A program made the position numbers and the translations under genes. Of a DNA stretch of 64,000 bases, positions 1 through 10,750 are shown in pieces (within the stretch, counting starts at the first letter, position 1; each line of letters begins with the position of its first letter). Source of the DNA: an uncultured Gemmatimonadaceae bacterium (lineage in GTDB: Bacteria; Gemmatimonadota; Gemmatimonadetes; Gemmatimonadales; Gemmatimonadaceae). The stretch covers positions 1,182,192-1,246,191 of the forward strand of contig CAWHHI010000016.1 of NCBI GenBank assembly GCA_963829055.1, given 5' to 3'. The notes below the pieces were generated by a model. The model did not search any database and had not been told where the DNA came from. It saw nothing but the letters and a program-made list of their open reading frames with translations.

Positions 1-984
1 GCCGCCGGCGATCGACGCGCCTTCGAAGGGATCGTTCGCGAGCAGCGCCGCCCCGTCGAGGTCCGCGTAGTCGAGCAATGGTGCGAGGTGCGCGACCGCC
101 GTGATCCCAAGGCTCGTCTCGACCATGCAGCCGGCCATGACGGACATGTCGTGCGCCCGCGCGGCGGCAATGATTCGCATGGCTTCCCGAATCCCGCCGC
201 ATTTCGCGAGTTTGAGGTTGATGCCATCGACCGCGCCGGCGAGCTTCGGCACGTCCGTCGCGACGAGACACGACTCATCGGCGATGATCGGGAGCGGCGA
301 ACGGTCGCGCACGAAGCGAAGTCCCTCGATGTCGTGCGCAGCGACAGGTTGCTCGACGAACTCGACATCATAGTCCAACAGCAGGTCGATCATGCGCAAC
401 GCGCTCTTCGGCGTCCACGCCGCATTCGCGTCCACGCGAAGAATCTTGTCTGGCTCGGCCGCACGAACGGCGGCAATCGTGTGCGCATCACGGGTGCCAC
501 CGAGCTTCACCTTGAGCACCGGGTATGGGGCCGCATCCTCCAGCGCGCGATGCAGCCCCTCGTCATCGTTGGTGAGCGGGATGGTGAAGCTCGACTGCGG
601 CGCGCGCGCGGGATCGAGGCTCAGCATGCGATGCAGCGGCACGCCGAGCCGTTTGGCCGCGAGGTCATGCAGCGCCGCGCTCACGGCCGATTTCGCCGAG
701 CCGTTGAACCGGATCACGCGATGCATCTCGGCCTCGATGGCCTCGAGCGACCATGCATGCATGCCATGCAGCGCCGCGAAAAGCCGGTCGATCACCGCGA
801 TCACCGTCTCCGTCGTCTCTCCATAGAAGCGACTCGGCGCAGCTTCACCCCAGCCCTCGGCGCCGTCGTCATCGATGATGCGAACCCAGACGAGACGCCA
901 CTCGCTCGCGCCCCCACGCGCGATGACGAATGGCGTTCGCGTTCGCACCGTCATGATCTCATGCTCGAGCCTCAGTGTGCTCAT
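1..984 (-). CDS. Dipeptide epimerase (L-Ala-D/L-Glu epimerase, enolase superfamily), runs off the window edge
   Basis: Not in the ORF track. Manual translation gives MSTLRLEHEIMTVRTRTPFVIARGG...GWGEAAPSRFYGET...LDYADLDGAALLANDPFEG. Start overlaps the kinase stop (ATGA). Confidence 0.85.
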   Translation of the reverse strand, partial: MSTLRLEHEIMTVRTRTPFVIARGGASEWRLVWVRIIDDDGAEGWGEAAPSRFYGETTETVIAVIDRLFAALHGMHAWSLEAIEAEMHRVIRFNGSAKSAVSAALHDLAAKRLGVPLHRMLSLDPARAPQSSFTIPLTNDDEGLHRALEDAAPYPVLKVKLGGTRDAHTIAAVRAAEPDKILRVDANAAWTPKSALRMIDLLLDYDVEFVEQPVAAHDIEGLRFVRDRSPLPIIADESCLVATDVPKLAGAVDGINLKLAKCGGIREAMRIIAAARAHDMSVMAGCMVETSLGITAVAHLAPLLDYADLDGAALLANDPFEGASIAGG

Positions 985-1991
985 ATCGGCGTCGCCGGTG
1001 CTCCGCCGCCACGGCGAGCGAACCACGCCGCGCGCGTTTCGCCGGGAGAGCCAACCGTCATGAGGAAGTCGAGCAGCGCATCTGCGAGCTCGGCTCCGGT
1101 CTGGAAGCGCACATCAGCGGGCTTCGCGAGACAGCGCATCACGAGCGCCGACAGCTCGGGCGAAACGCGCGAGTCCACGACCTCGGGCGCAGCGGCCGTC
1201 TCGTGGACGTGCTTGTAGCCCACCGAATACGAATCCGCGCCATCGAATGGCGGGAAACCAAGCAGCATCTCGTACAGCATGACGCCGACGGCGTAGATGT
1301 CGCTGCGGCCGTCCACCATCTTGCCCATCGCCTGCTCCGGCGACATGTAGTGCGGCGTGCCCATCGCCCGGCCCGTTCCCGTTAGGCGCCCGTGAAAGCG
1401 AGCCGTCGCGATCCCGAAGTCCGTGATCAGTGCGTGGCCGTCCTCGTCGAACAGCACGTTGTCCGGCTTCACGTCGCGATGGACGACACCGCGGCGATGC
1501 GCGTAGTCGAGCGCCGTCGCGATCTGTGCGCAGACCGCCGCTGCCGAACCCGCGCCTACCGTCCGCTCCTTCACGAGCACGTCCGCCAGCGACCCGCCAG
1601 CGAGATACGGCATGACGATGAACACGGCTTCGGCCGCTTCGGCGTAGTCGATGATCGTGCAGATGTGCGGGTGCACGAGCTGACTCGCCGACTCCGCCTC
1701 TCGCCGGAAACGCTCGCGCATCTCTTCGTCACGCGCGAGGTGCGTGTGCAGCACCTTGATGACGAGCGGCCGCTCGAGCAATTGATGCTCGGCGTAGTAG
1801 ACGTTCGCCATGCCGCCGCTGCCGAGGCGGCGGATCACGCGGTAGCGGCTCCCCGTTAGGCGCCGGAGTGCGCTCAACTCCTCCTCGGGACGCTCGCGCG
1901 GAGCGTCCGCGATCTCGGGGAGCTCGGTGGTGCATCGCGTGCAGCGCACCGCGCGGGCGCGATTCCAGGTGCCGCAGTCGGGACAGAACAT
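981..1991 (-). CDS. Ser/Thr protein kinase (Hanks type) with N-terminal zinc ribbon, soluble
   Basis: CPDC..CTRC, LGSGGMA, VIKV, HRDVKPDN, DFG, GTPHYMSPEQ. Confidence 0.95.
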   Translation of the reverse strand: MFCPDCGTWNRARAVRCTRCTTELPEIADAPRERPEEELSALRRLTGSRYRVIRRLGSGGMANVYYAEHQLLERPLVIKVLHTHLARDEEMRERFRREAESASQLVHPHICTIIDYAEAAEAVFIVMPYLAGGSLADVLVKERTVGAGSAAAVCAQIATALDYAHRRGVVHRDVKPDNVLFDEDGHALITDFGIATARFHGRLTGTGRAMGTPHYMSPEQAMGKMVDGRSDIYAVGVMLYEMLLGFPPFDGADSYSVGYKHVHETAAAPEVVDSRVSPELSALVMRCLAKPADVRFQTGAELADALLDFLMTVGSPGETRAAWFARRGGGAPATPI

Positions 1992-1992
1992 G

Positions 1993-2637
1993 TCAGGCTC
2001 CGAACTGCATGCGGACGAAATCGTACGGCGGCCAGGGCCCCGTACACTCGAGCTGCATCTCGCGCAGTCGTTTCTGTTCCTCGCGAACGATGTCGTAGAA
2101 TGCGTCCCAGCGCTCGCGCTCGATCAGAAACGACGCGCGCGCGGCCGGCCCGGACTCGCCAGCGTGGTTGTTGATCACGAGCAATGTCACCGCGTGGCGG
2201 CGAAGAACGCGGAAGCTCTCGTTCGCCGCGTTCTCGACGAGATCCGCGTCGATGGCCATCGTCGTCGTGGTGTCCGGCTCGTCGCCGTATGACACGGTCA
2301 CGCGCGCCATGGCGCGATCGGCCACGAACGTGACCGCTTCGATGAGCGTGAAGTAGTGAAGCTCCAGCCAGCGCATCAGCGAGTCACGTCCACGAAACAC
2401 CGAACCGAATGGCGCCGGCACGATCGTCTGTCGCGCGAACGCGCCCTCGACGACGCTCCTGTATTCCGCAATGTGCTGCGGTGACGGCGTCGGAGCGGCG
2501 TAGGGCGACTCGGACACCAGGGCGCCGAGGTCGCGAAAGGCAATGACAGTCGCACCGCGCACCGGAGACGCAGAACCACCGACGTCGAGCGAGATGATCC
2601 CGTACAACTGCAGCGCGCGTTGCTGCGCCGAAGGCAC
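1993..2637 (-). CDS. GvpL/GvpF-family protein
   Basis: LYGII start, IVPAPFGSVF, C-terminal GPWPPYDFV signature. Confidence 0.8.
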   Translation of the reverse strand: MPSAQQRALQLYGIISLDVGGSASPVRGATVIAFRDLGALVSESPYAAPTPSPQHIAEYRSVVEGAFARQTIVPAPFGSVFRGRDSLMRWLELHYFTLIEAVTFVADRAMARVTVSYGDEPDTTTTMAIDADLVENAANESFRVLRRHAVTLLVINNHAGESGPAARASFLIERERWDAFYDIVREEQKRLREMQLECTGPWPPYDFVRMQFGA

Positions 2638-2638
2638 G

Positions 2639-3451
2639 TCAGCTCTCCTGTTTCGCGTAAGGCCACTTCACTCCCTTCAGCAGCTGAAATCCGAGCGCGC
2701 GCTCCCGTGTGAGCTCCTTGAGCAGCGCGCTCTCGCGCGCCACCGCGCCACGAGCACCCTTCCACCCGAGCTGACGCCACGCGCGGCCGGCAATCTGCAC
2801 CTTCTGCTGCCACGTCAGCACCGCCTCTTCGTCCGACTCGGCGGCAGCCTTGGCGCCGGCTTCCGTCCAGTCCTGCACCTGAATCTCGACGAGTCCCGCT
2901 TCACGCATCATCTGCTTCCACTCGATCAGCAGGTGTGGTCGTAATCCGAGACGCTCGACGAGCATCTCGCGCGCGGACTGGCTCATGTCCGAGCTCCAGG
3001 TCAACTGTAACAGGACGACGGGGCCCATCGGCTTGGTCACACGCGTCAGCTCCGCGACGGCGCGCTCGGGATCTGCGGCGGAGGACAGCAGCGGTTCGGC
3101 GAGGCCAGCGTCGAAGACGTTGCTCTCGTGGGGGAGGTCGTCGAGCGGTGCCTGCTGATACGAAAGCGGCAATGGCGTCTGGAGCGCGCGCAGACGTGCC
3201 TCGGCTCGTTCGATCCGATCCTCGTTGGGGTCGACGCCGGTAATGGACGCGCCGGTTTTCGCGGCAAGCCACTCGCTGGTCTCACCCTCGCCTGAGCCCG
3301 AAACGACGATCTCCTTGCCGGATCCCGCGTCGACGAGGTCGGCGACTTCGCGGTAGAGCTCTTCGCCTGTCGCTCGCCAGCGGCCGAGAACCATCATCTG
3401 GACGAGGCGCAGTACGGCGGGAACCGGCGGTACGCGCGGCGGGGCGGGCAT
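2639..3451 (-). CDS. Class I SAM-dependent methyltransferase-like protein
   Basis: SGSGEG glycine loop, ITGVD, LDDLPHESNVFD, ELTRVTKPMG. Confidence 0.75.
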   Translation of the reverse strand: MPAPPRVPPVPAVLRLVQMMVLGRWRATGEELYREVADLVDAGSGKEIVVSGSGEGETSEWLAAKTGASITGVDPNEDRIERAEARLRALQTPLPLSYQQAPLDDLPHESNVFDAGLAEPLLSSAADPERAVAELTRVTKPMGPVVLLQLTWSSDMSQSAREMLVERLGLRPHLLIEWKQMMREAGLVEIQVQDWTEAGAKAAAESDEEAVLTWQQKVQIAGRAWRQLGWKGARGAVARESALLKELTRERALGFQLLKGVKWPYAKQES

Positions 3452-3512
3452 GGAAGGGGAAAGTATACGGCAGTGAACCGGGTACTGGGAACCGGGAACG
3501 GAAACCGGACAG

Positions 3513-4440
3513 TCACGCCAGCGCTTTCAGGTGCGCCACCGCGGCCGCGGCCATCCGGTCGGGGGCATAGCCGCCTTCCAGGGCGCTCACAATTCTGCCG
3601 TCGCACCACGACTCGGCGCGGGCGACCAGGTCGCGCGTCATCGTCACGAAGTCGTCGATCTCCAGCGTGAACGCGCCGAGCGGGTCGCCGGCAAGCGAGT
3701 CGAAGCCCGCGGAGACGAGCACGAGGTCCGGCGTCCAGCCATCGGTCGCGGCATCGATCGCGCGCGTCCACGCCTCGACGTAACGCTCGCGCGGCTGCGA
3801 CGCGGGCATCGGCACGTTCCAGATCGAGCGGAGTGGGCCGCGGTCGTCCGCGGCTCCTGTACCCGGATACCACGGCCACTGATGCATCGAGACGAAGCGG
3901 ATATCGCGCTCGCGTTCGACCAGCGCCTGTGTGCCGTTCCCGTGGTGCACGTCCCAGTCGACGATCAACACGCGCTCGACACCGTGACGCTGTCGGGCGT
4001 AGTGCGCCGCGATCGCGACGTTTCCGAACAGACAGAATCCCATGCCGCGCGCCGCGAGCGCGTGGTGGCCCGGCGGACGAACAGCGCTGAAGCTGCGCAC
4101 CGCGCGACCGTCGAACGCCATGTCGACGCCGTCGAGCACACAGCCCGCGCCTGCGGTTGCGGCGTCCCAGCTTCCCTCGCTGATCACTGTGTCGGCGTCG
4201 AGGCGCCCACCGCCACCGGCGGCGATACGCGCGGACCTGATCAATGTAGGACGCTTCATGCGCGAGCGCCAACTCGTCAGGCGTCGCGTGACGGCCTTCG
4301 ACGTGTGCGAGCGCATGAAACAGATCTGCGTCCTCACGCAACGCACGTGGGATGGCGCGCAGCCGCCCGACGTGTTCCGGATGGCCCCACCCGGTGTCAT
4401 GGCGACCGCAGTCAGAATGCGAGATGTAGGCGACTGTCAT
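3513..4440 (-). CDS. Histone deacetylase family protein (one frameshift near 4225)
   Basis: GHPEHVGRL in one frame, then RPPGHH, GFCLFGN, DWDVHHGNGTQ, SAGFD, LEGGY. Confidence 0.92.
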
Positions 4441-5736
4441 CGTGCTCCACGAAGTCGTCGTGATGCCCACTCGAGCAGGAGCGCCCCGACCGCGAGCAGG
4501 AAAAGAAATCGGGTCGTCCGCGTGCCGTCGCTTGCCGGCGCGACCCGCGTGTCCATCGTCGCCGGCGGACCGAGTGCGTCGATGAGTGACGCGAGCGGCG
4601 TCTCATCGATCACCTCGTCCGCCGCTGGTACGCGCGCGACGAGCGGTGCATACGCGACCGCGGCGGCGAGCCGGGACCACCATTCGCGGTGAGCCGCAGC
4701 CGCCTCATCGCCGCCGGCCATTCTCCAGCGCCATGTCTCGTCGTAGCCGGTCTGCACCACGCGGCCCGCGGTCGACGCGTCGTGCCGCGACGGTCACGGC
4801 GCTCGCTCTCGACTCGAGCACCACGCCATCGCTCACGAGCGACGTCACAGGGAACACTCCAAGTCCCGTCCGCGGCGAGGCGCTCGTCACGCCGCCGGCG
4901 ACGCCCGCGATCCGCCGTCCGACGTCACCGGGAGCGATGGATGACAGGCCTCCAATGCGAGCAGAGGCGCCAGCGAGTATCACGCCGCCACCGTCGTGCG
5001 CGTACCGTGCGATCGCGGTCGCGGAGGACGCGGCAGTGCTGTCGAGCGCGATCACGGCCGAGTAGCGCGCTGTATCGATGGCGCCGAGCGGGCCCTGTGT
5101 GACTTCCACGTTAGGCGCGACTCGCACGCGCGACGCCACGCGCCACCCTCGCTCCTCGAGCGCCGCAATGGTGAACTTCGACTCCCAGCCAGCGGCGCCA
5201 AGCACGAGCAGGGGCTTGAGCGCGATCGAGTCCCGCGCCGCCGTGGCTGCGGTGAACGTCGCGCCCGACGCGCGCACGCTCCCGGCAACCGACGCGAGCT
5301 CCAGCTCCGCGGCGCCTCCGCGAGAGAGTGTGTCGATCGTGCCCGCGGCATCTCCGATCGATACAGGCTCTCCTCCGGCAGCGGCGAACCGCACCCGCGT
5401 CGCGCCGCTCGGTTCTGATGCTGGTTCCGCGATGACGGCCGATCCACGGATCGGTCGCGACGCGGCCCACTGCGCCCGCGAGCCCGAGTGCGCGAGCGCG
5501 CGAATCCAGTCGCGCGTGCGCGCGTCCGGCGCCTTGTCGAGCACCACCCGAAGCTCAGCCGGACCGGCCAGCGTCCAACGCTCGAGCGCACGCGTTAGGT
5601 CGCCCGCTGCAACGCTGACGCCAGCCGCCGTCGGCGGCCGCAGCGCACGCCACAGCAGCACCGCCAGCGCGGCCAGCGCCGTCGCTCGGAGCACCAATTC
5701 GGCGACTCGGCGGACGCGCTCAGCGGGTGAGGGCAT
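4437..5736 (-). CDS. Membrane-anchored hypothetical protein of the MoxR/vWA-type module (frameshift near 4760)
   Basis: N-terminal TM helix, glutamine-amidotransferase-like region (GWESKF, GGGVILAG), TWRWRM, C-terminal LLLEWASRRLRG. Confidence 0.6.
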
Positions 5737-6331
5737 ACACGATCACGTTGACGCCGAACTTCGTGTTGTCGATCGAGAGAAACCGCTTGTTGTCGGGATG
5801 GTAACCCCACTCCGAGCTGTAGTCCTTGTTGCTGTACAGCACCGCGATCCGGTCGCCACGCATGGCGGCGAGCAGGTGCGAGTGGACGAGATTGTCGCCC
5901 CAGCCGTTCAGCTCGTGCGACGTGTTAGGCGGCCCATCGGGGAACTTGAAGAAGGACGAGTACAGCGGGTGCGTATTCGCCAGTTGCGTCAACTTCCCCA
6001 CCGCGCGCCCGAGCTCCTCTACCGCCGTCTTGTGAAACGCGCCGTCGATGTCGTGGTTATGGTCGTCGACGAACAGCATACCCCCGCGGTCCGCGAAGCG
6101 GCGCACGTTCGCGCGCTCGGCTTCGGTGAACCGCACGGGGAGATGGCCGGTCAGATACACGAGCGGGAATCGGAACAGATCATCGCTGGCCAGCGCGACG
6201 ATCGCGCCCGTTGGTGCGACGGGAAGGCTCGTGTACTTCGCGAGCGAATCAATGAGATTGGCCGGCACCAGTGGCGCGCTGTCCCAGTCTCCTGATTCGT
6301 ACTGCCCGGTCGCGAACACGAATTCGCTCAC
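5720..6331 (-). CDS. DUF4159 domain protein
   Basis: FATGQYESGDWD, FPLVYLTGH, GGMLFVDDHNHD, YSNKDYSSEW, FGVNVIVYALT; GTG start overlaps upstream TGA. Confidence 0.8.
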   Translation of the reverse strand: MSEFVFATGQYESGDWDSAPLVPANLIDSLAKYTSLPVAPTGAIVALASDDLFRFPLVYLTGHLPVRFTEAERANVRRFADRGGMLFVDDHNHDIDGAFHKTAVEELGRAVGKLTQLANTHPLYSSFFKFPDGPPNTSHELNGWGDNLVHSHLLAAMRGDRIAVLYSNKDYSSEWGYHPDNKRFLSIDNTKFGVNVIVYALTR

Positions 6332-8487
6332 CACACGCCGCTCCACGCCCCGAGGCGTCCGGCGCCACGCACGGTACCGTCCGCGACGCGTCGCGCGCGC
6401 GCGAGCAGCGTGGTCGCGTCGCGGCCATTGCGCATCGCGTCCAGCGCGTCGGCAATGGCTGCAGCGAGACGCGGGGCTGCGTCCAGCGATTCTACTCGCA
6501 GCAACACCAGGGAGTCGATGGCTGCGGCAGGCGTTCGCGACGCCAGCTCTATCGCCGCGGCCAGTCGCTCGGCGCGTCGCGCAGCGCCGGGATCGACCGG
6601 TTGGCGTGGTACGCGCGTACTCGCGGCGCCTGTCTCCTTGCCCGTTAGGCGGACGCGCGCCAGATCCACCACGACCGTCGGCGCCTTGCCGCGAAGGTAG
6701 ATTCGCTCTGCCTGACGCGCGCGCTGAATGGCTGCCAGTGCGCGTCGCATCGGCGGGAGCGCGCGAGCGGTCTCGCCCTGATCCAGCTCGCGGCTGGCTT
6801 CCCACATCGCGTTGTACGCCTCGAGGAGCGGCCGGTTGATCGCAACGACGGGCGTCTCGTCGCCCTCGAAGTCGAGGATCTCGTCGCCCTTCCCCGTTGC
6901 CGCGCTCGCGGCTCTCAGCAACGCGGCGCGCGCGGAATCGGCCGAGTCCGCAGCCGCGATCTCGCGAGCGGGACGGCCAGCACGAGTCGCCGCACGCCGC
7001 GCAGCGTCGCGAGATGCCGAATCCGCGCGTACCGAGGTATCGGCCGAAGCGGGATCATCGTCCGGATCGCGCCCTTCCTCACCGCTCGGGTTGTTACCAA
7101 GCCGAGCGAAGATGATATCGCCGACACGCTTCCGGAGCCTCGTCTGATCGCGGCCGATGGCACGCGACTCCGACATGAGAGTCTCGCGCGCGAGTGTCGG
7201 GCGACGCCGATCGAGCGCTTCCGTCATCATGATCAGCATGCGCTCGCTGATCATCGACTTGTCGGCTTCCGGCGGAGGCGCGCCTTCCACAGCGATGGAG
7301 TCGTACTCGCCAGCGCGGGCGACCCGCAGCACACGTGTCTCTGACGCACCCACGCCCGGTCCGCTCACGGTGTTGCCGTCACGAGCGACGGCACGGAGGT
7401 GCACCATGTCGCCCGGCTTGAGATTCAGGGCGTCGAGCGCGAGCGAGGCGGCGAGCGTGCCGTTCGCCGCGCCACTGTACTGCCGGGCGCCTAACGTCCC
7501 GGACCGGAACTGAAAGCTCTCGCCCTCCCCAGAGCTCACGATGTACTCGAACGCGCCGCTGGCGAGCCCAATGTCGTCGTGCGTTTCCGCGGACAGCGAC
7601 AGCGCGCCCCTGGCGACACGCATGACCGTATCGCGCGACGGCGCCAGCAGTCGCACGGTCGGAACCGAATCCGCGCGCGGCTCGAGCGCCACGATCCGCT
7701 CGCCGGACGCATGGCGGAATCGTACGAGCGTCGGCCGATCGCCGACCGTGAGCGCGACGCGCCAGCCGGCGCTGGCCGGTTGCACGGCGAGCGTCTGGCC
7801 GCTGACGTCTGCGGTGACGCCGGCGCCCGCCCCGGGCGCATCGAACGTGACGCTGCTCCCGACGAGCGCCACAATGGACGCCGGCGACTCCACGCGCAAA
7901 ACGCGACCTCCCGCATACGCGGGCGCACGCACCGTCGCAGAGAGTCGCGCGAACGGCGACGCTACGTCTCGCGACGCTGTGGACGTGGCCGAGACAGTTC
8001 CGTCTGGTGCGGATGCCGACCGCGCAAAGGCGACACGCTGCGCGAGCAGCAGGGCGCCGAAGGCAGCGACGGTCGCCAACGCAGGCCAGGCAATCGCTCG
8101 GCTAACCGCACGTCGCGTCTCCGCGGTCCACGACACCTGAGCGATCTGTTGCTCGAGCAATGCAGTCGTCGGCGCGCGCTCCGCCGCCGGATCGACGGCC
8201 GTAACGAGCGCGTACTCCAGTCGCGGCACGCGCTCCTCGATCCAGAGCGCGACGCGAGGCACCGTTAGGCGACGCCATGGCATCAGCAACACGACGAGCA
8301 CGATGGCGCCGATCACGGCAGCTGCCAGCCACGGAGCGACCCCATCCACCCGACCAGTGCGCCTGCTGGCAATCGTGGCAAGGGCACCGACCGTCAGCGT
8401 CGTGGCGGTCGCCCACAGCGCAGCACGAGTGGCGATGGCGGTCGCGAGTGCGCGACGCGTTCGAAGCACGCGCTCAAGCGGTCGCAT
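6328..8487 (-). CDS. Large membrane protein, DUF4175-like (MoxR module)
   Basis: N-terminal TM helices, ALWIEERVPRLEYALVT, HDDIGL, LKPGDMVHLRAVARDGN, helical C-terminus. Confidence 0.6.
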   Translation of the reverse strand: MRPLERVLRTRRALATAIATRAALWATATTLTVGALATIASRRTGRVDGVAPWLAAAVIGAIVLVVLLMPWRRLTVPRVALWIEERVPRLEYALVTAVDPAAERAPTTALLEQQIAQVSWTAETRRAVSRAIAWPALATVAAFGALLLAQRVAFARSASAPDGTVSATSTASRDVASPFARLSATVRAPAYAGGRVLRVESPASIVALVGSSVTFDAPGAGAGVTADVSGQTLAVQPASAGWRVALTVGDRPTLVRFRHASGERIVALEPRADSVPTVRLLAPSRDTVMRVARGALSLSAETHDDIGLASGAFEYIVSSGEGESFQFRSGTLGARQYSGAANGTLAASLALDALNLKPGDMVHLRAVARDGNTVSGPGVGASETRVLRVARAGEYDSIAVEGAPPPEADKSMISERMLIMMTEALDRRRPTLARETLMSESRAIGRDQTRLRKRVGDIIFARLGNNPSGEEGRDPDDDPASADTSVRADSASRDAARRAATRAGRPAREIAAADSADSARAALLRAASAATGKGDEILDFEGDETPVVAINRPLLEAYNAMWEASRELDQGETARALPPMRRALAAIQRARQAERIYLRGKAPTVVVDLARVRLTGKETGAASTRVPRQPVDPGAARRAERLAAAIELASRTPAAAIDSLVLLRVESLDAAPRLAAAIADALDAMRNGRDATTLLARARRVADGTVRGAGRLGAWSGVW

Positions 8488-9799
8488 TGGCCTCGGATCC
8501 TCGACGTACGAGCATCTCGGCGACGGCCGCGGCCAGCGCGATCGCCAGCAGCCACGCCGCCAGCCTCGACGCCGGCGGCTCACCCATCACCGCGGCGGTC
8601 GCTTCGGTCGATGCCCGCGCGATCGTTGCGGGAAGCGCCTGCGCAAGCACGCTGTCGGAGGCCGCGACCCACGGCAACGCGCTCGCGCACGGCTCCAGCA
8701 GGCGCGCCGCGAACCGGCGGAATGCCGGTGTGAGCGGCAGATCGCCCGTTGATGACACGGGGACTGCGACGGACCGGATGCAGCCGGTGCCTAACGTGCT
8801 CTCGGTGACCGCCGGCTCGCCGTCACTCCACCGGGCGATGACGCGTCCCGCAGGTGGATTGGTAGCCCGCACCATGGGCGCGACGACCGTGGCGGCTCGA
8901 GCCGCGGCGCGCGACCCTCCGCCCGAGCCAGCGAGGGCAGTCACCGCGAACGCGGTGTCGGGCGGGGTTCGTTTCGCCCACGCGCTAGGCGCTATCGCAG
9001 CAGGCCACAGCACCGTCGCGCGGCCATCGCGCGCCCATGCGCTATCGGCCGCTGTCACCGAGTCGCGAACCACTCGCACGGCGGCACCTGCGCGAACGTC
9101 TCCGATGAGTGCCACGGACACGGCAACGGGGTCGCCGACCGTGGCGCGCACGACGGGGCGCCCGAGCGGGCCTGAGTCGTTAGGCGCCGTGCCGGCGCGC
9201 ACGAGCCGAACGGGCCCGGTCCATGTGCGTCTGATGGCGGCGGTCGCGTCATCGAGCTCGCCCGCCGCGAACGGCGAGACGATCACGATTTCTACCGAAT
9301 CCCGCTCGCGTTCGAGGCGCCGGCCGGAGCGGACTGCACCCACGAGCGCGGCCGATAGCGAGCCTGACGCAGTCGACGCCGCCGCGGCGATGGAGTCCGG
9401 AGTCGGGCCGATGACTTCCCGCGCAGTGGAGTCGAACAGGACCAACGCGTCGCCCGGCCGGAATACAGCGCGCGCGGCCGAAGGAACCTCCGGTCCCACG
9501 CCCGCGAAGCGGGATCGGTCAACGACGACAACTCGTGCGGTCCCACGTCGCTGCGGCACCAACTGCGGTCGAGCGAGCGCGAGACCAACGAGCAGGACGA
9601 TCGCGACGCGCAGCGCGAGCAGCGCAATGTCCGCGGGCCGCACCGCGCGGGACACCATGCGGACTGGCCGCTCCGGTGCGAACCGCGCCGTGGGCAGCGG
9701 GGACTCCGGCGGTCGCCGCCACGCCAACAGGTGCAGGGCGACCGTGCCAAGCGCGACGACGCCGGCGACCCACGCGAAGAACGGAGCGGCGAACGTCAT
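8474..9799 (-). CDS. BatA N-terminal domain protein
   Basis: MTFAAPFFAW...LHLLAWRRP...LLALR...LALARP, then VVVDRS; C-terminal TM. Confidence 0.75.
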   Translation of the reverse strand: MTFAAPFFAWVAGVVALGTVALHLLAWRRPPESPLPTARFAPERPVRMVSRAVRPADIALLALRVAIVLLVGLALARPQLVPQRRGTARVVVVDRSRFAGVGPEVPSAARAVFRPGDALVLFDSTAREVIGPTPDSIAAAASTASGSLSAALVGAVRSGRRLERERDSVEIVIVSPFAAGELDDATAAIRRTWTGPVRLVRAGTAPNDSGPLGRPVVRATVGDPVAVSVALIGDVRAGAAVRVVRDSVTAADSAWARDGRATVLWPAAIAPSAWAKRTPPDTAFAVTALAGSGGGSRAAARAATVVAPMVRATNPPAGRVIARWSDGEPAVTESTLGTGCIRSVAVPVSSTGDLPLTPAFRRFAARLLEPCASALPWVAASDSVLAQALPATIARASTEATAAVMGEPPASRLAAWLLAIALAAAVAEMLVRRGSEANATA

Positions 9800-10732
9800 C
9801 GCGCTTCGCTCCGCGCATTGAGGGCGGCGTCGCGGCCGGCGCCTAACGCCCCACCGGCTACACGCCGCACGACACGCGACGCCGGCTCCGACGTGGTCGC
9901 CATCGTGTACGTCAGTCCTTCCCCTCGCCACGCCGCCGCGAGCTGACTACGCCACTCGCCAAAACGCTCCACGTACGCTGCGCGCGCATCCGCGATGAAT
10001 GGCCGCGCGACCGTCGCGTCCTCCGGATCGATCACGAGCATCGACCGGGTGGGCGGGTTCAGCTCCTCCTCCGCGACGACGTGAATCGCATGCACTTCCC
10101 CGCCCGCGGCCGCGATTTCGCCGGCGCGTCGCCGTATGTCGTCCGCGTCGCCAAGAAAATCGCTGATGACGACGATCCGCATTCGTGCTCGAGTGCGCAC
10201 GACAGCCGAGGCGATCGCCGCGCTCCCTTCGGGAACGGCAGAGTCGAGCGCCCTCGCAATCTCACCGACGATCCCCCGTCGCGTGCGCGGCGGCAATTGC
10301 CGCAGTCCACCACCGCCGACGATCACGAGTCCAACAGGATCGCGACTCGCGTGCGCGACCGCCGCGAGACCGATGGCGATGTCGGACGCCGACTTTCCAC
10401 TTGCCGAGCGTGTCGACAGGGAATGCCATCGACGCCGTCGCATCGACGACGATCAACGTCGACACGATGGAGCGGTCTTCCGCGAGGCGGATGTACGCAC
10501 GATCGCTGCGCGCGAGCAGGCGCCAGTCTATGCGCTTGGGATCGTCACCCTGTCGGTAGACCCGGTACTCACTCAACTCCGGCGCCGACCCGCGAAGTCG
10601 GGAGTGGTGCGCACCTGGCAGCGCGCCGCCGATCGGGCGCAGCGCCGGCCACTTCACGCCGCGAATGGCGTCGAGGAGCGAGCCGCGGGTCTCGATACCC
10701 GGTTTCTCGGCTCCCACCCGTCGTTCGCGCAT
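9796..10732 (-). CDS. DUF58 (vWA-like) protein (frameshift near 10390)
   Basis: GAHHSRLRGSAPELSEYRVYRQGDDPKRIDWR, VDATASM, VVISDF. Confidence 0.85.
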
Positions 10733-10750
10733 TCAGGCCGCCTCGCTGGA

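Noticed and set aside
88..1218. Long plus-strand ORFs here and elsewhere (e.g. 5078-6295, 8277-9821, 14396-16066)
   Set aside because: They are antisense shadows of recognisable genes in high-GC DNA.
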